Positions 1 through 13,849 of a stretch of DNA of 64,000 nucleotides are shown here, piece after piece. Position 1 is the first letter of the stretch. Each line of letters begins with the position of its first letter. The position numbers were made by a program, and so were the translations under genes. The notes under the pieces were generated by a model that saw only the letters and a program-made list of their open reading frames with translations, was not told the origin of the DNA and made no database searches. This DNA comes from Octopus vulgaris (Eukaryota), in NCBI GenBank assembly GCA_951406725.2, contig OX597816.1, positions 163,742,001 to 163,806,000 on the forward strand, written 5' to 3'.

Positions 1-442
1 GTGTGTGTGTGTGTGGTTGTGTGTGTGTGTGTGTGTGTGTGCAATATATATTGTATATATTTGAAATCTTTGTATTTATCTATCTATCTATCTACGTATA
101 TATGTATATATTTATCTATCTATCCATCTATGTATATATGTGTGTGTGTGTATGGACTTAACGTGACTTCAAAATATTGCCCTGCGCGTTAATGACACAC
201 TTCAATGCCAGCGAATAAACGAAAATTTCTTTCAATCCTTACCTCGAGAAAGTAATAACCTCAAATAATTTATATTTCTTAATGAATTTTTAACGGTATT
301 AAGTAGTTGTACTTAACGTTACCGAATAATTCCTCCTCACATTATGCGTACAACCGTATTCCTGTACATCTCTGTAGAAATACGCACCAGCATATACATA
401 CATTTGAGTATGTGTATATATATATGTGTTTGTATGTGTGTG

Positions 443-489
<47 letters not shown>

Positions 490-491
<2 letters not shown>

Positions 492-789
492 AGGCGCAAT
501 GGCCTAGTGGTTAGGGCAGCGGATTCGCGGTCGCAGGATCGCGGTTTCGATTCCCAGACCGGGCTTTGTGAGTGTTTATTGAGCGAAAACACCCAAAAGC
601 TCCACGAGGCTCCGGCAGGGGATGGTGGTGATCCCTGCTGTACTATTTCACCACTCTTTCTCCCACTCTTTCCTCTGTTGGCCTGCTCGCTTAGCCAGCG
701 GGGTGGCGTCGTTCGAAGGCTAAAACAATGCAAACGCATTGTGACAAGCGATGTGTAGCAACATCTGATGGTCTAGTCGGTCACGTGAT

Positions 790-795
<6 letters not shown>
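490..795 (+). mobile_element. tRNA-derived SINE (family 1)
   Basis: A-box TGGCCTAGTGG (500-510), B-box GGTTTCGATTCCC (543-555), ~250 bp non-tRNA body, short TCACGTGA tail repeat; same head at 32286. Confidence 0.8.
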
Positions 796-820
<25 letters not shown>

Positions 821-1072
821 AAGAGAGAAAATGTTGTAAATGTGTGTGTATGTGTCTGATTATGTGTGCATAGGTGTATGTGTATATGCGTAAGATATAT
901 ATATACGTAAATATATATCTGCATAAATGTGTGTTCACGTATGCGTGGGTGTATATATATATAAGTAGACATAGATATTGTTATATGATGTTACATATAT
1001 AATTACATATCATATGCATTGCAAATGTGTATTATATTTACTAGATATATACTCTATGTGTGTACATATATA

Positions 1073-1119
<47 letters not shown>

Positions 1120-1134
1120 AATAATATATAAATA

Positions 1135-1719
1135 TATGCATATATACATACATATATGTACATACCTACATCTATATGTATATATACATGCATATATGGG
1201 TACAGGACATCAAAAAACGTTGAACACAATGAGAAAAGAAAACATAAAAACAAAAACATGGAAACGAACTTTTTTTCAAACAACGAAAAAAACAGAGTAT
1301 AAGATATACAACACAAAGAATATTCCCCTTCTTTAGTTGTCCCTGTTTCGTCTACTCCGTGTTGCGAAGGCAAGGAGAAGACGCGACTTCGTTGAAACAG
1401 TCCTTCCCGCAAAGCAAAGTAAATGAAATTTGGGATTTTTTCGGAGAGGTAAAAGTGGTAACAAGAACAGGACAGTAAGAACAAAACAATACAAGTAAAA
1501 ACAGTAAAAGACAGGACAAAGAGAACACGGTAAAAACAAACGGTGAGGCCAAGACGATGGAAAAATAATTTTGAAAGCATTAAGGAGACAGCTTACGAGA
1601 GGGACAGAATAAGTCTTGACTCGGTGAAAGATAGCAGTTGGAAAGATGGCTTCCCTCTGGTCACGTGTCAGTGACGGGAGAGTCGTGGGTTGGATTCACA
1701 ACCTCTAACTTTCTTGGAG

Positions 1720-1722
<3 letters not shown>
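1135..1722. mobile_element. (TA)n-embedded interspersed repeat fragment, probably Penelope-like
   Basis: Shares blocks (ATATATGGGTACAGGAC; CCCGCAAAGCAAA..AAATTTGGGATTTT) with 16560-16860, 43500-43700 and 44360-44460; flanked by (TA)n; class assignment is inference. Confidence 0.45.
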
Positions 1723-1774
<52 letters not shown>

Positions 1775-2309
1775 GAAAGGTTGAGTTCAATTTGAACAGT
1801 TTTACTTCGGTAGGCTCCAATGTTAGATTTCTAATAAAGATTCTTCATATCAAATTTGTAGCTTGCTATTGCATGTATTTTATTAAAAAATGAAAATTTA
1901 TACAAGTATAAGATGTTTTATGAGCATTTATAGAACACAGTCCTATATCAACTCAAGAAACAATTAAAGAGAATATGTTAAAAGTTTGATGACATTTTAA
2001 TCCATGCATACGATCGTTTCAAATAGTAACACCAACATGTAAGAAATATGGAAGAGATTAAATTAATTATAATTAATTTAATTGTATATTACCATTCTCG
2101 TCAGTGCAAAAAATGAGGGAAACATAAGAAAAATCGTAACAGAAGAGATATATTGTTACAGGATCCTTCATTGAGTCCGTGTCGGATAACTCATTCGGAT
2201 ATTAATAAAAATAAATGTGAAAGATGAAATATAAAATATAGAAACATGGTTATTTAGTGTTGAGTCTAATTGTGCAAGAACTAAAACTGGCTTGGCTAAC
2301 GGATATTTA

Positions 2310-3152
2310 GACAGTCACTATCATTAGCTACGCCGATGATACAGAATTAAAATTATCAGACAATGAAGAACTCTGACAATGTTGCAAGCTTACAGCGAGA
2401 CCTAAATGTGATATACAAATGGCGTGGACAAAACAACATGTAGGTTAACGCTGGAAAAATTCATGCACTGCGTTATCTGTGCTATGCACTGCAACCTGCA
2501 TATAACAAATGCATATAACAAAAGCACTGCAACCTGCATATACAAGACCCGAAGACTGCAATCCCAGAGTCACAGGCAGTGAAAAACTTGGGGATCTCTA
2601 TATGATATGATGCATCATTTCATATGCACATTACTAAGATGGCAACAAAGTGCAGACAACTGGCAGGATGGATACTAAGATCCTTGAAGCAAGAGACCAC
2701 GAAGTTATGTTGACTCTGTAGAGGATCTTTGTTCTCAGCCGCCTGGACTGCTGCTCTCAGCTGTGGTCACCACATCGAACCGAACTAACAGCGGAGCCTG
2801 AAGCGGTCCAACATCGCTACACTGAAAATATTGTAACAGTGCAACAGATGAACTACGGGGAAAGGTTGGAAAAACTACGATTTTACTTCCTGGAAGGAAG
2901 GCGTGACAGATAAGCAATAATCGACATATGGAAAATTCTGGAAGGGCTACTCTTTTACTCGTTTCAGTCATTTGACTGTGGCCATGCTGGAGCACCGCCT
3001 TTAGTCGAGCTAATCGACCCCTGGACTTATTCTTTTGTAAGCCTAGTACTTATTCTATCGGTCACTTTTTGCCGAACCGCTAAGTTACGGAGACGTAAGC
3101 ACACCAGCAACGGTTGTCAAGCGATGTTGGAGGACAAACACAGACACACAAA

Positions 3153-3224
<72 letters not shown>

Positions 3225-3665
3225 CATACGACGGGCTTCTTTCAGTTTCCGTCTACCAAATCCAGAGGCTATAGTAGAAGACACTTTCCCAAGGTGACAC
3301 GCAATGGGACCGAACCCGGAACCATGTGGTTGGTAAGCAAGCTACTTACCATACAGCCACTTCTACGCTAGTACGTAATTTCGGCATGGAATGTTACACA
3401 GATGCCAGAACTGGACGCCATCGCCTCGTATCAAACGTACCGTCGATCGCATCTGAAATGAGTAGGAGATACTGCAACAGGTTCAAAGACCCACTGCTTT
3501 TCAAAGCTCTACCAAAATAGGAAGAAACATACACAAAGTGCACGTGGATGTCTTCAAAAAGGTTCCATATATTCTCCTAACCACGAGGCCAGATGGACCA
3601 ACGACCAGGCATGAAGCATAGATGAAGGGACCTGTGGTCAACAACCAGGAGAAAAAGTACATGCA
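2310..3665 (+). pseudogene. Decayed CR1-group LINE ORF2, RT C-terminal half, split by a SINE
   Basis: SYADDT, GWILRS, SRLDCCSQLWSP, WKILEGL motifs with frameshifts; resumes after the SINE at ~3369; similar to 60880-61365. Confidence 0.8.
2949..3368 (-). mobile_element. Major tRNA/CORE-like SINE (family 2) with internal microsatellite
   Basis: Reverse copy of the 22001-22388 element; GACTGAAAC..GTAAAAGAG tail; internal (CA)/(TA). Confidence 0.85.
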
Positions 3666-3812
3666 TAATTCGTTTTTGATACTAACTTCCAAGTTTCAAC
3701 CAGCTAGCCCATCATCGGAATACCTATATATAAAAATATGAGTCTATGCCGTTTATATTTCACTATAGTAATTTCATCAGATGCTAAGCAATATATATAT
3801 AAGCATACATAC

Positions 3813-3899
<87 letters not shown>

Positions 3900-4411
3900 T
3901 GTGTGTGTGTATCTATGTATGTATATATATATATATGCAAACACAGAAAATAAATAGTATATATACACACGTGATATATAGTTATATATATATAAATTAT
4001 TTAAATGTATATGAGGATATTATAGTTTATGACATCAGTGGCTTAGCACGCGTATGGAACCCATTACGTTAATAAATTATCAATTAATAATTAAGAGTAC
4101 TAACTGACACTCACACACACACACATATATATATGTATAGTATGTAGGTATGTATATATAATATTAATACATATGACACATACACGCACTTACATATATA
4201 TATATACATACATACACATATATATATACATATATATATATATATGTGTGTACGTGTGTGTTTATTATATACATATAAGAGGGATATATATGTATGTAAT
4301 ATAGTTTTTCTGAATCTAGATTTTTCAATATGCTAGGCCACTGGTTTTAAATTCATATTAATCAAATTAATATTCAATTTTTCACCCTTATTATTTATAT
4401 ATATATATGTA

Positions 4412-4470
<59 letters not shown>

Positions 4471-4500
4471 TATACATATTTATATATATATATGTATAAT

Positions 4501-4551
<51 letters not shown>

Positions 4552-4653
4552 TTCATACATATATATGCATGTATATATAATATATAATATACATAACACA
4601 TACACACACATATATATATATGTGTGTATGGAAGTATGTATGTATGTATGTAT

Positions 4654-4685
<32 letters not shown>

Positions 4686-4820
4686 TGTATGTATGTATGT
4701 ATGTATGTATTATATGTATGTATGTATGTATTAGACAGAATGAGATAACAAACCCATGCTGTGAGTTTTCAGGACGTTTATAGTAACATATATATAATAT
4801 ACATACATACATACATACAT

Positions 4821-4859
<39 letters not shown>

Positions 4860-5109
4860 TACACGTTTTATATAAATATATTTGTTTTATTTATATTCTG
4901 TTGTGCCTAGGGAGAGTTATTTTCTTTTTGTGCCTTATAATTTAATACATTCACCGGTAAAATCTCCACTTCTTTGTTATATTTTATTTTCCTTAAATTT
5001 TCGTTGCGTCTTGCAACCCTTTCAATAGTCTGTCCGTTATTTACACTGCGTTCGTTTTTGTTTGTTTGTGTGCATGTGTGTGGGTCAGTGTGTGTGTGTG
5101 TGCCTATGC

Positions 5110-5988
5110 ATGCATCATGTATGTATGTATGTATGTATGTACGTATGCATGTATGTATGTATGTATTTATGTATGTATGTATGTCTGTATGTATGTATGT
5201 ATGTATGTATGTATGTATGTATGTATGTATGTATGTATGTATGTATGTATGTATGTATTATGTATGTATGTCTGTATGTATGTATGTATGTGTGTATGTA
5301 TGTATGTGTGTATGTATGTATGTATGTATGTATGTGTGTATGTATTATGTATGTATGTATGTATGTATGTATGTATGTATGTATGTATGTATGTATGTAT
5401 GTATGTATGTATGTATGTATGTATGTATGTATGTGTGTATGTATTATGTATGTATGTATGTATGTATGTATGTATTATGTATGTATGTATGTATGTATTT
5501 ATGTATGTATGTATGTATGTATGTATGTATTATGTATGTATGTATGTATGTATGTATGTATGTATTTATTATGTATGTATGTATGTATGTATGTATGTAT
5601 GTATGTATGTATGTGTGTATGTGTGTATGTATGTATGTATGTATGTATTTATGTATGTATGTATTATGTATGTATGTATGTGTGTATGTATGTATTATGT
5701 ATGTATGTATGTATGTATGTATGTATGTATGTATGTATTATGTATGTATGTATGTATGTATGTATGTATGTGTGTATGTATGTATGTGTGTATGTATGTA
5801 TGTATGTATGTATGTGTGTATGTATTATGTATGTATGTATGTGTGTATGTATTATGTATGTATGTATGTATGTATATATGTATGTATGTATTTATGTATG
5901 TATGTATGTATGTGTGTATGTATATATGCATATGTTTGTATGTATGTATGCATGTGTGTATGCATATATGTATGCATGTGTGTGTATG

Positions 5989-6022
<34 letters not shown>

Positions 6023-6560
6023 TGTATGTATGTATGTATGTATGTATGTATGTATGTATGTATGTATGTGTGTATGTGTGTTTTGCAACTATGTACCATG
6101 TATGTATGTATGTATGTATGTATGTATGTATTTATGTATGTGTGTATGTATGTATGTATGTATGTATGTATGTATGTATGTATGTGTGTATGTATGTATG
6201 TATTATGTATGTGTGTATGTATGTATGTATGTATGTATGTGTGTATGTATGTGTGTATGTATGTATGCATATGTGTGTATGTATGTATGCATGTGTGTAT
6301 GCATATATGTATGCATGTGTGTGTATGTATATATGTGTGTGTATACATATGTATATATGTATGTGTGTGTGTGTGCATCTGCGTGTATGTATTCTGCATA
6401 TTCATGTGCTCGCGTGTCCGTGTTTGTGTGCTTTTTATGTATGTGTGTGCGCGCGTATGTTTGTATGTGTATACACCTCTGTCTCCTTGTGTGTGCATGT
6501 CTGTGTGTGTGTGTGTGTGTGTGTGCGTTTTGCAACTATGTACCATGTTTGTATGTATGG
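5110..6560. repeat. Long compound (TATG)n microsatellite array
   Basis: Direct inspection; source of the spurious 516-604 aa ORFs. Confidence 0.95.
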
Positions 6561-6617
6561 ATGTGCATCTCCATATACGTGGGCACGTGTCTCCATATGT
6601 GTCCTTTTGTGAAGTAA

Positions 6618-6665
<48 letters not shown>

Positions 6666-6813
6666 GTCATGTGTTTCAGTCTCCGTTATTTGCGTATGTG
6701 TGCTTGTCTGTTCATATAACCTATATACCTATCCGTCTGTATGTTGATCTGTTTATTTTCATATCCATATGCTTACACACCTGTGCATATACACATATGC
6801 ACATACACCCACA

Positions 6814-6861
<48 letters not shown>

Positions 6862-7390
6862 TACATACATACATACATAACAGCCCACTAACTAACTATT
6901 CTGCTCTACCTGTGTAAACTGTGGATATGGGGGTATGATATCTACTGTGATATCTAGAATTTTAGTATGATATCTTACTATTTCATTGTTCATATCCTTA
7001 TGACGCTAAGCTTCATAAAATTTTATTCTATAATTTCTCATTAAATTCTTCTGTAGAATTTTAGTTATCCACATAGAAACGTCGACGCGTACGTGCGTGC
7101 GTTCGTGTTCGTGTATATGTGTCTGTATGCGTGCGTGCATGCATGCGAGCGTGTGTGGGTGTTGTGCGTGCATGCCTGAAAGTGTTTGCATGCGTCGACG
7201 TGTTTGCGTGTGAAAGCTGGTTGCATCGCATGTGCCGTGAGCACGCGTTTGAAAATGAAAATCTATGTCACCTGTCTCCGTCTCAATAAGTGTGTGACCG
7301 AAGAAATGAGGACGTGTGACTTGCCGTAGACAGGTGCAATTGATTGAATATCTTCAATGAATGTGTGCGTGTGTATATACAGTCATATAT

Positions 7391-7546
7391 ATATATAATT
7401 TTTTTTCCGTAATGAGATAACTAAAAATAACCAAGGCTGTGTAGATTTTAGAACTTTTATATTATAAATGTTGTATTTCTAAATGTTCTAAGATCTACAC
7501 AGCCTTGGTTTTTTTTTTTATCTCATTACGGAAAAAAAATTATATA
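7391..7546. repeat. Fold-back inverted repeat (~62 bp arms) in TA context
   Basis: TTCCGTAATGAGATAA..CCAAGGCTGTGTAGAT mirrored by ATCTACACAGCCTTGG..TTATCTCATTACGGAA. Confidence 0.85.
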
Positions 7547-7672
7547 CACACGCTGATATATATAACCTACGTTGGACACCTTATTCGCATAATCACCGAT
7601 CCTGGAACTCAACTATGGTCTATCCATTTACGTGACACCTTTGGGTCTCACTGACACCATTACTTCCCATAA

Positions 7673-7751
<79 letters not shown>

Positions 7752-7752
<1 letters not shown>

Positions 7753-7967
7753 CTTTATTTTGCGTGTTTGAAACATTAGACTGCGATCATATTACGGCAC
7801 GGATTTGAAGAATTTTTACTCGAAGTACATTTATTTTTTATTTTTTGTCTTTTAAACCTCGTACTTATTCTATCGGTTATTTTGCCGAACCGCTAAGTTA
7901 CGGGGACGTAAGCACACCAGCATCGCTTGTCAAGCGATGTTGGGGGACAAACACAGACACACGAACG

Positions 7968-8064
<97 letters not shown>

Positions 8065-8227
8065 GACAGGTTTCTTTCAGTTTCCGTCTACCAAATCTAC
8101 TCATAACGCTTTAATCGGCCCGAGGCTATAACAGAAGACACTTGCCCAAGATGCCACGCAGAGGGACTGAACCCGGAACCATGTGGTTGGTAAGCAAGCT
8201 GCTTACCACACAGCCACTCCTACGCCT
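7752..8227 (-). mobile_element. SINE family 2 copy
   Basis: Matches head, body and diverged tail of the other copies. Confidence 0.8.
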
Positions 8228-8299
8228 ATATACGTATATACTGAATAAATATGTCACTAACACCTATACCGATGTGCTTTTTCCATTCACCAAAGTAAA

Positions 8300-8590
8300 T
8301 AGAACTTTGACCAGGAGGAACTGATGCCATCAGACGGCAACCCACATTCATCGGGTGTTTTGACCCTGAACCGTAACACTCTCCCGTCGGTGGGTCAGCA
8401 GAGGTGGCCAAGGCTCTGCTCCTCATCTCCTACTGACTTCCAGCTTAAGTCTTCTCTCTTACTCCCAAGCCAGCAAGAGGCTCGTTCAGCCGTCTCTCCC
8501 ATCCTGCCTGCAGCCACCCTTCGCTCCTTTCCCCTCATTGCACTGGCTGTAAACCTCCTACAGCCACCTTCGACTGGAAACAATATTCAT
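8300..8590 (-). mobile_element. 3' end of a HERO-like RLE non-LTR retrotransposon (ORF C-terminus plus 3'UTR)
   Basis: Translation FPVEGGCRRF...AERASCWLGSKRE resembles the VEVGCRGF...AEKASxWLW C-terminus of RLE-encoding HERO/NeSL-type elements. Confidence 0.65.
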
Positions 8591-8758
8591 ATAGGCGTAG
8601 GAATGGTTGTGTTGTAAGTAGGTTGCTTACCAGCCACATGGTTCCAGGTTCAGTCCCACTACGTGGCATCTTGGCCAAGTGTCTTCTACTATATCCTCGG
8701 GTCGACTAAAGCATTGTGAGAGGATTTGGTAGACGGAAACTGAAAGAAGCCCGCCGTC

Positions 8759-8816
<58 letters not shown>

Positions 8817-8819
<3 letters not shown>

Positions 8820-8962
8820 CTCTGTGTATCTTTCTGTTGAAGAGCGTAGGCTCGAAACGTTAAAGACTTGTTTTATTTATATTTCCTGAGCGCCATACTA
8901 ATACAATTGTTTGTTTGTATTCCACCTGCCTTCGTCTTTTGTCTATTTTCATAAAGCTTCCC
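8817..8962 (+). mobile_element. HHR mini-element family A (5'-truncated)
   Basis: Homologous to 17868-18057, 41612-41806 and 56294-56484; flanked by (TA)n. Confidence 0.8.
8829..8866 (+). ncRNA. Minimal type-I hammerhead ribozyme (A6U core)
   Basis: TCTTT-CTGTTGA-A-GAGC-GTAG-GCTC-GAAACGTT-AAAGA: stem I, stem II, palindromic stem III. Confidence 0.7.
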
Positions 8963-8963
8963 G

Positions 8964-9040
<77 letters not shown>

Positions 9041-9610
9041 TTAGCGATTCGGCAAAAGAGACCAATATATTAAGTACTAGGCTTACAAAGAATATGTCCT
9101 GGGGGGTCAATTTGCTCGACTAAAGGCGATGCTTCAGCATGGCCACAGTCAAATGACTGAAACAAGTTAAAGAGTAAAAGAGAGAGAGTAGCATAAGATG
9201 CCAAGCTGTGGGACTGAACACTTACTGTTCCGAAGCAAACATCTTACCACGCACCGATGCCATCGTGTGAGTATATGTATATATATATGCATATCTTCAT
9301 CTCTATAACTTTGTGTTTTGCTTGAGTCATTCAGTGGAATGCGCCCAAGATGGAGCACCACCACCTTGAAGGATTTCTGTCGGAAATCGCCCACGTTACT
9401 TGTATTTTTCTTTTCCTACGTCGCTTAGCTGTAACTTTGTGACGAACCGCTGGGTTACGGGGACGTGAATGTACCCACACCGGTTGTCAAGTACTGGCGG
9501 GAAACAAATGCAAACACGAAGATACACAAACATTTATATGTGTGTATAGAGATATACATGGATATATACGTATACAAACATATATATATCTATACACACA
9601 GACACATGTA

Positions 9611-9648
<38 letters not shown>

Positions 9649-9866
9649 CATACATACATACATACATACATACATACATACATACATACATACATACATA
9701 CATAAATACATACACATATGTATTTATGTATATATTCTGTCCAGTCATTTGACTGCGGCCATACTGGAGCACCGCCTTTAGTCGAACCGACCACAGGACT
9801 TATTTTTTGTAAGCCTAATATCGGTCTTTTTTTGTATATATGTGCCAAACAGAGGCACACAAACAA

Positions 9867-9912
<46 letters not shown>

Positions 9913-9922
9913 ACACAAATAC

Positions 9923-9973
<51 letters not shown>

Positions 9974-10051
9974 TATATACATTTACATATATAGATAGAT
10001 AGATATAGATATATATGCATATATATATATATGTATGCATATATGTATATA

Positions 10052-10098
<47 letters not shown>

Positions 10099-10240
10099 AT
10101 ATGTATTGATATGTATATATTAACATGTATGTGTGTGTGTGCGTGTGTATATTGCGTTCTGGTAGAGGCAGTGCTATGCGTTATAGAAATATACGAAAAT
10201 ATTCTGTAAACGTATAACCACAGTCATATACACACTGTAA

Positions 10241-10279
<39 letters not shown>

Positions 10280-10519
10280 GTGATATATATATATATATAT
10301 ATACGTACACATACATAGACACACATTAGCATAATGCATATAAAAATGTGTGTGTGTGTGTATAAATATAGTATACATATGTGTGTGTGTGTGTGCATGT
10401 ATATACTTTTATGCATATGAATTTTTTTATGTAATACGTGTATATGTAGTATGGTTTATGAGTGTGTGTGTGTTTTGTGCATGTGTGTGTGATGTGTAGA
10501 CGGGAGTTGTATGAAGAAC

Positions 10520-10562
<43 letters not shown>

Positions 10563-10782
10563 GAGAGAGAGAAAGACAGACTGACAAAGAGACAGAGACA
10601 CAAAGAGGGAGGAAAGGTTTTCGTTACGCGTACAAGAGCTGCGTGAACTTATGTACATACAAATCAACACATGTAACAACACGTAGAAGTCTGAGAGTAA
10701 ACAAGCAAAATATATATACATACATACATACATACATACATATATCGCGTTGTTGTGTTTTTTTGTGCTTTCTTGTTTGGAT

Positions 10783-10824
<42 letters not shown>

Positions 10825-10926
10825 GGAGTAAACACATAAACGTGAAACAAGGTGGAAAAAAGAGTACTCAAATACCAGTGGTAGAGTAATATGCTTTATT
10901 TTAAGCAGCAGAAAATTCAACAAAAT

Positions 10927-10963
10927 CTGTTACTCTGAGTTTCTCGTTGCCGTTCATCAGACA
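10927..10963 (-). ncRNA. Minimal hammerhead ribozyme, canonical core
   Basis: TGT-CTGATGA-A-CG-GCAA-CG-A-GAAA-CTCAGAG-TA-ACA. Confidence 0.65.
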
Positions 10964-10966
10964 AAA

Positions 10967-11004
10967 CTGTCTGATGAATGGCAACGAGAAACTCAGAGTA
11001 ACAG
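10967..11004 (+). ncRNA. Minimal hammerhead ribozyme, canonical core
   Basis: CTGT-CTGATGA-ATGGCAACGA-GAAA-CTCAGAG-TA-ACAG. Confidence 0.7.
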
Positions 11005-11057
11005 ATTTTGTTGAATTTTCTGCTGTTTAAAATAAAGTATATATATATATATATATG

Positions 11058-11224
11058 AATAAATGAAAAGAATGGAGTCGAACGAAAAACACACAAATTT
11101 CCACACACGAACACGGGGTTCGGCCCTTGGCATGTAACATCAACCGTGTTTTACTGACGTGAATTTGCTACCCAGGTATCGATTAACCGAATTATCCATA
11201 CTAGGATAATTCATTCATCTACTT

Positions 11225-11225
<1 letters not shown>
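11058..11225. mobile_element. (TA)n-embedded repeat family (copies at 11843-11990 inverted and 27313-27577)
   Basis: Shared GAATTATCCATACTAGGATAATTC hairpin and TGCTACCCAGG block; the 27313 copy has a hammerhead-like 3' half plus AATAAA on the minus strand. Confidence 0.65.
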
Positions 11226-11297
<72 letters not shown>

Positions 11298-11456
11298 ATA
11301 ATTGTGTACATTTAGAGATTGAGAATATGTTGTCTATTGACTTTTTATACATGCTAGGCCATTAGTAGTGAAATTTCAAGGAAACTCACTACGTTATATA
11401 TATATATATATATATTACGTATATATATGTATTTATATATATACATACATACATAC

Positions 11457-11530
<74 letters not shown>

Positions 11531-11702
11531 TATAGCTATAAATATAAATATACAGCATTTCAATACATACATTCCAAATATTTCAAAAATAATATTTGTG
11601 TATACATATAAATATATATAGATAAAATTTACTTGAAAGTGGATACGTGGCGTTCGATCATATAATAATATAAATAATAAATGAAACATATGTATATATA
11701 CA

Positions 11703-11756
<54 letters not shown>

Positions 11757-11802
11757 GTACCTACATCTATATGTATATATACATGCATGTATGTTTGTGT
11801 GC

Positions 11803-11844
<42 letters not shown>

Positions 11845-12134
11845 AAGTAGATAAATGAATTATCTTATTACGGATAATTCAAATGAAAACCGATACCTGG
11901 GTAGCAAAAATCACAACAGAAAAAGCACGGTTGAGGTTACGACCATGGGGCCTAAAATCCGTGCCTTAGTGCGGAAATTTGAAGTTTTATATATTTAGTG
12001 TAGGAAGAAATGGAGCTGAACATATATATGTATGTATGTATATATATGTATATATGTATATGCTTTTAGCGCCTTATATATATTTATATAAATAGCATTA
12101 TTGAATCAACGTAATTAAAATTTTTTTCTTTCTT

Positions 12135-12606
<472 letters not shown>

Positions 12607-12669
12607 ATATATATTTATATATACTTGAATGGATCATAATCAAAACTTGACTTGGACAGGATTCAAATA

Positions 12670-12868
<199 letters not shown>

Positions 12869-12990
12869 TAAATTAGAGATAAAACCACTATTAGGCAAAT
12901 CATACAATGAAAAACTTAAGCCAATACATAAGATTAATTAATTTATATTATTTTAAATATATATCAAAATTATTAAAAAAAGATAATTAG

Positions 12991-13037
<47 letters not shown>

Positions 13038-13199
13038 GTGTGTGTGATTGTGTATAGAAGAATATATTAATAAAAAGAATTCCAACCTTGTCTGATTTTC
13101 ACGTTTTATTTACAATCTTATAATGATATATTATAAGATAATATATTATAATTGAATAAAATAAAATGAAATAGTAGAATGTTAAATATTCATTCTGAT

Positions 13200-13244
13200 T
13201 GAACTAGTACTTTCATGCATTGAATTCTGCAATCTTCGGGTTCA
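13200..13244 (-). ncRNA. Mirror hammerhead ribozyme (U4C core)
   Basis: Reverse complement of 13308-13352. Confidence 0.7.
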
Positions 13245-13307
13245 TGTAGTAGTGTTGACAGTCATGCTTCACAAAAATTGTGAAGCATGACTGTCAACAC
13301 TACTACA

Positions 13308-13352
13308 TGAACCCGAAGATTGCAGAATTCAATGCATGAAAGTACTAGTTCA
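13308..13352 (+). ncRNA. Type-I hammerhead ribozyme (U4C core)
   Basis: TGAAC-CCGAAGA-T-TGCA-GAATTCAA-TGCA-T-GAAA-GTAC-TA-GTTCA; 5-bp stem I, palindromic AGTACT stem III. Confidence 0.72.
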
Positions 13353-13481
13353 ATCAGAATGAATATTTAACATTCTACTATTTCATTTTATTTTATTCAA
13401 TTATAATATATTATCTTATAATATATCATTATAAGATTGTAAATAAAACGTGAAAATCAGACAAGGTTGGAATTCTTTTTA

Positions 13482-13536
<55 letters not shown>

Positions 13537-13793
13537 TATATATATGTGTGTGTGTATATGTATATGTATATATACATTTATACATATATACATATACATA
13601 TACACACACACATATTGATACAAACATGTATATATAGATACACATATATATATATATGCAGAAGTATATATATATAGACACATACACGGTGACAAATGTA
13701 TACGCAGACAGACGTATATAAACAAACAACTGCATAAATGCATTTTATACCGACACGTTTGTTTTTTTATAGAAATATATATATATATATATG

Positions 13794-13849
<56 letters not shown>

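Larger units (their letters stand above)
8594..9186 (+). mobile_element. SINE family 2 copy with a nested ribozyme mini-element
   Basis: Head GGCGTAGGAATGGTTG..GGTTCAGTCCC, tail ..GACTGAAACAAG..AAAGAG; insert at 8817-8962. Confidence 0.85.
10889..11042. mobile_element. Palindromic insert (~75 bp arms) carrying two opposed hammerheads
   Basis: Arms 10889-10963 and 10968-11042 nearly perfectly complementary. Confidence 0.85.
13062..13490. mobile_element. 429 bp palindrome (213 bp arms, 3 nt loop) with two opposed hammerheads
   Basis: Arms 13062-13274 and 13278-13490 appear perfectly complementary; (TA)n flanks. Confidence 0.9.

Noticed and set aside
490-565. tRNA gene (also 13959-14030 and 22001-22075)
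   Set aside because: Acceptor stem not intact and heads continue into multi-copy SINE bodies
4974-6880. 516-604 aa ORFs (MYVC repeats) and the many YI/HT/CV ORFs elsewhere
   Set aside because: Translations of stop-free microsatellites, open in several frames
7269-7336. pre-miRNA-like hairpin or paired E-boxes (CACCTG..CAGGTG)
   Set aside because: Only ~14 bp imperfect stem with a 40 nt loop; insufficient evidence
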